From an uncultured Bacilli bacterium (GTDB lineage: Bacteria > Bacillota_I > Bacilli_A > RF39 > UBA660), in assembly GCA_934183185.1 (NCBI GenBank), contig CAKPSO010000005.1, forward strand, positions 890 to 64,889: 64,000 nucleotides of DNA. Direction: 5' to 3'. The notes beneath the pieces were generated by a model that was not told where the DNA came from, searched no databases, and saw only the letters and a list, made by a program, of their open reading frames with translations. This document shows, piece after piece, positions 62,472 to 64,000 of this stretch (position 1 is its first letter; each line of letters opens with the position of its first letter). A program made the translations under genes and the position numbers.

Positions 62472-63218
62472 ATGCACAAAAATGAAATATTAGATAAAGT
62501 CGATAAACTTATAAAAATGTATAATAATGGCGAGCTTGGTGGTGAGGTAATGCCAGAAGATGCAAATCCTCATTTTGAAAAATCTTCTTTAGAAAATTAC
62601 TTATATTTTACTTTACCTATGGCATTAAATTATCAAAGAAACTCTTATACCCTTTGGGAAAGTGCATTAAAAACATATAATGATCTAGAAACTAAATTTG
62701 TATTTAATCCTAAAATTTGTTTGGAAAAAACCTTTGAAGAAGTACAATATGCTTTAACTAAATATAAAGTTGCTTTGCAAAAACAAAAGCAAACTGAAAT
62801 TTGGTTATCACTATGTAACACCTTTGTAGAATTATTTGATGGCGATATAAGAAAGTTATTTGATACATTAGATAATGATGTAGATAAAATTAGAGATTAT
62901 ATTCAAAAAGAAAATAAAAAGAAATTCCCATACTTATCTGGAACTAAAATTTGTAATTATTGGATGTATGTAATTTATCAGTATACTGATAGAAAATATA
63001 CAAATATAGAAAATTTAACTGTTGCTCCAGATACTCATGTATGTAAAGCAACTCATAAATTAGGATTAATTACAGATGATGAATTTAATTCTAGTAATGT
63101 TCAACAAATTGTTATAGATAAATGGCAGGAACTATTTAAAAATACAAAATATAAACCAATTGACATTCATACACCACTTTGGTTATGGAGCAGAAATGGT
63201 TTTAAGGAGGTAAAGTAA
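62472..63218 (+). CDS. HhH-GPD-superfamily-like protein (putative DNA glycosylase), tentative
   Basis: FPYLSGTKICNYWMYVI...VAPDTHVCKATHKLGLI resembles LPGVGxKTA...VDTHVxRvxxRLGL of the EndoIII/AlkA fold. Confidence 0.4.
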   Translation: MHKNEILDKVDKLIKMYNNGELGGEVMPEDANPHFEKSSLENYLYFTLPMALNYQRNSYTLWESALKTYNDLETKFVFNPKICLEKTFEEVQYALTKYKVALQKQKQTEIWLSLCNTFVELFDGDIRKLFDTLDNDVDKIRDYIQKENKKKFPYLSGTKICNYWMYVIYQYTDRKYTNIENLTVAPDTHVCKATHKLGLITDDEFNSSNVQQIVIDKWQELFKNTKYKPIDIHTPLWLWSRNGFKEVK

Positions 63219-63769
63219 TGAAAGTATTAATAGGGACAAAAAATCCAGGAAAAATCGAAGGAGCAACAGAAGCATTTAAAAATTATTTTGACGATTTTGA
63301 TATTGATGGTATTCCAGTTTCATCAGATGTTAGCGAGGAACCAGTAAATAACGAAATCTATGAAGGTGCTAGGAATCGTGTTAATAATTTAATGCAATAT
63401 GCTTTAGAAAATGGTATAGATGCTGAATATTTTCTAGGTGTAGAATCTGGAATAACTAATTTGTTAGGTAAATGGGTTATTATCAATATTGCTGTTATTA
63501 AAGATAAAAATGGTTATGAAAGTTGGGGAACAAGTCCTGCTTTCCCTGTGCCAGACAAATATGTTGATGAGATAATTTCAACTGATTTAGGAAAGGTTAT
63601 GGATAAAATATTTATGCAAAATGATTTAAGAAGTGGCAAAGGAGGTATTAGTTTTGTTACTAATGGAATAATTAATAGAATAGATTTAACTAGAGAAGCA
63701 TTTATAATGGCACTTACCCAACATACAAATGAAATTTGGAATGATAGAAAAGTATTAGAGAGAAAATGA
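63218..63769 (+). CDS. inosine/xanthosine triphosphatase, YjjX (DUF84) family
   Basis: KVLIGTKNPGKIEGATEAF...EEPVNNEIYEGARNRV...GVESGI matches YjjX along its length. Confidence 0.8.
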   Translation: MKVLIGTKNPGKIEGATEAFKNYFDDFDIDGIPVSSDVSEEPVNNEIYEGARNRVNNLMQYALENGIDAEYFLGVESGITNLLGKWVIINIAVIKDKNGYESWGTSPAFPVPDKYVDEIISTDLGKVMDKIFMQNDLRSGKGGISFVTNGIINRIDLTREAFIMALTQHTNEIWNDRKVLERK

Positions 63770-63781
63770 GGAGGGAATAAA

Positions 63782-64000
63782 ATGAGTAGAAATATTATTA
63801 TAACTGGTGGGGATGATGGTCTAGGTAAAGCAATAGCAAAGTTATTAAGTGAAAAAAACAACGTTATTACTATTTCAAAAACAAAAGAAAATGCTATGAG
63901 AATTTCAAAAGAAATACCTAAGGCTGAATGTTATACTTGTGATATTACTAAACCTGATGAAGTTAATAATACTATTAAAACTATTATTGAAAATCAAGGA
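63782..64000 (+). CDS. short-chain dehydrogenase/reductase, N-terminal part (runs off the window)
   Basis: TGGDDGLGKAIA Rossmann motif. Confidence 0.7.
   Translation, partial: MSRNIIITGGDDGLGKAIAKLLSEKNNVITISKTKENAMRISKEIPKAECYTCDITKPDEVNNTIKTIIENQG

Overview
Strongly AT-rich chromosomal segment of an endospore-forming Firmicute, possibly Erysipelotrichia- or Clostridia-like (that placement is inference). The standard bacterial code applies: Trp is TGG and genes end in TAA, TAG or TGA. All calls rest on reading motifs by eye; no HMM or BLAST search was possible.

Backbone genes, in order:
- trpS, dacB-spmA-spmB, rluB and a ferredoxin.
- A yunB / yutD / DUF1292 / yutH-like / nfu / yugI-like block.
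- A 12-gene tRNA array, then spoVID-like + ysxE-like.
- A T-box-led operon (HD hydrolase, two tandem paralogues, valS).
- lspA-rluD, a rhomboid protease, cotJB-cotJC, tRNA-His and rpmB.
- dnaE and polC side by side, then murI, murF-ddl, tRNA-Lys(CTT) and tRNA-Thr(CGT).

Accessory or unusual content:
1. An island directly after the tRNA array (11.5-17.4 kb). It holds a class-II-like Fic protein behind a phased operator-like repeat array. It also holds three tandem paralogues with one conserved N-terminal module (TasA/camelysin-like, SipW-type signal-like) and different C-terminal heads. One head is FGE-sulfatase/C-type-lectin-like. That gene has a GC-rich, frameshifted 3' end, and a decayed second copy of the 3' end lies downstream.
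2. A roughly 2.1 kb cassette (22-aa leucine-rich-repeat protein plus a small ORF) flanked by a 122-bp duplication of the valS 5' end. It separates valS from its probable Val-specific T-box operon.
3. Two related islands, each next to tRNA genes and each carrying a large serine recombinase. The recombinase at tRNA-His has three nonsense codons. The one at tRNA-Thr(CGT) is intact and sits with a MobV relaxase and an oriT-like inverted repeat. Both islands carry DNA-base or nucleotide-pool 'hygiene' cargo: YunG-UDG fusion and Nudix in one, HhH-GPD-like protein and YjjX ITPase in the other.
4. Several decayed genes: VTC/DUF4956, a sigma factor, the valS' fragment and the FGE-head remnant.
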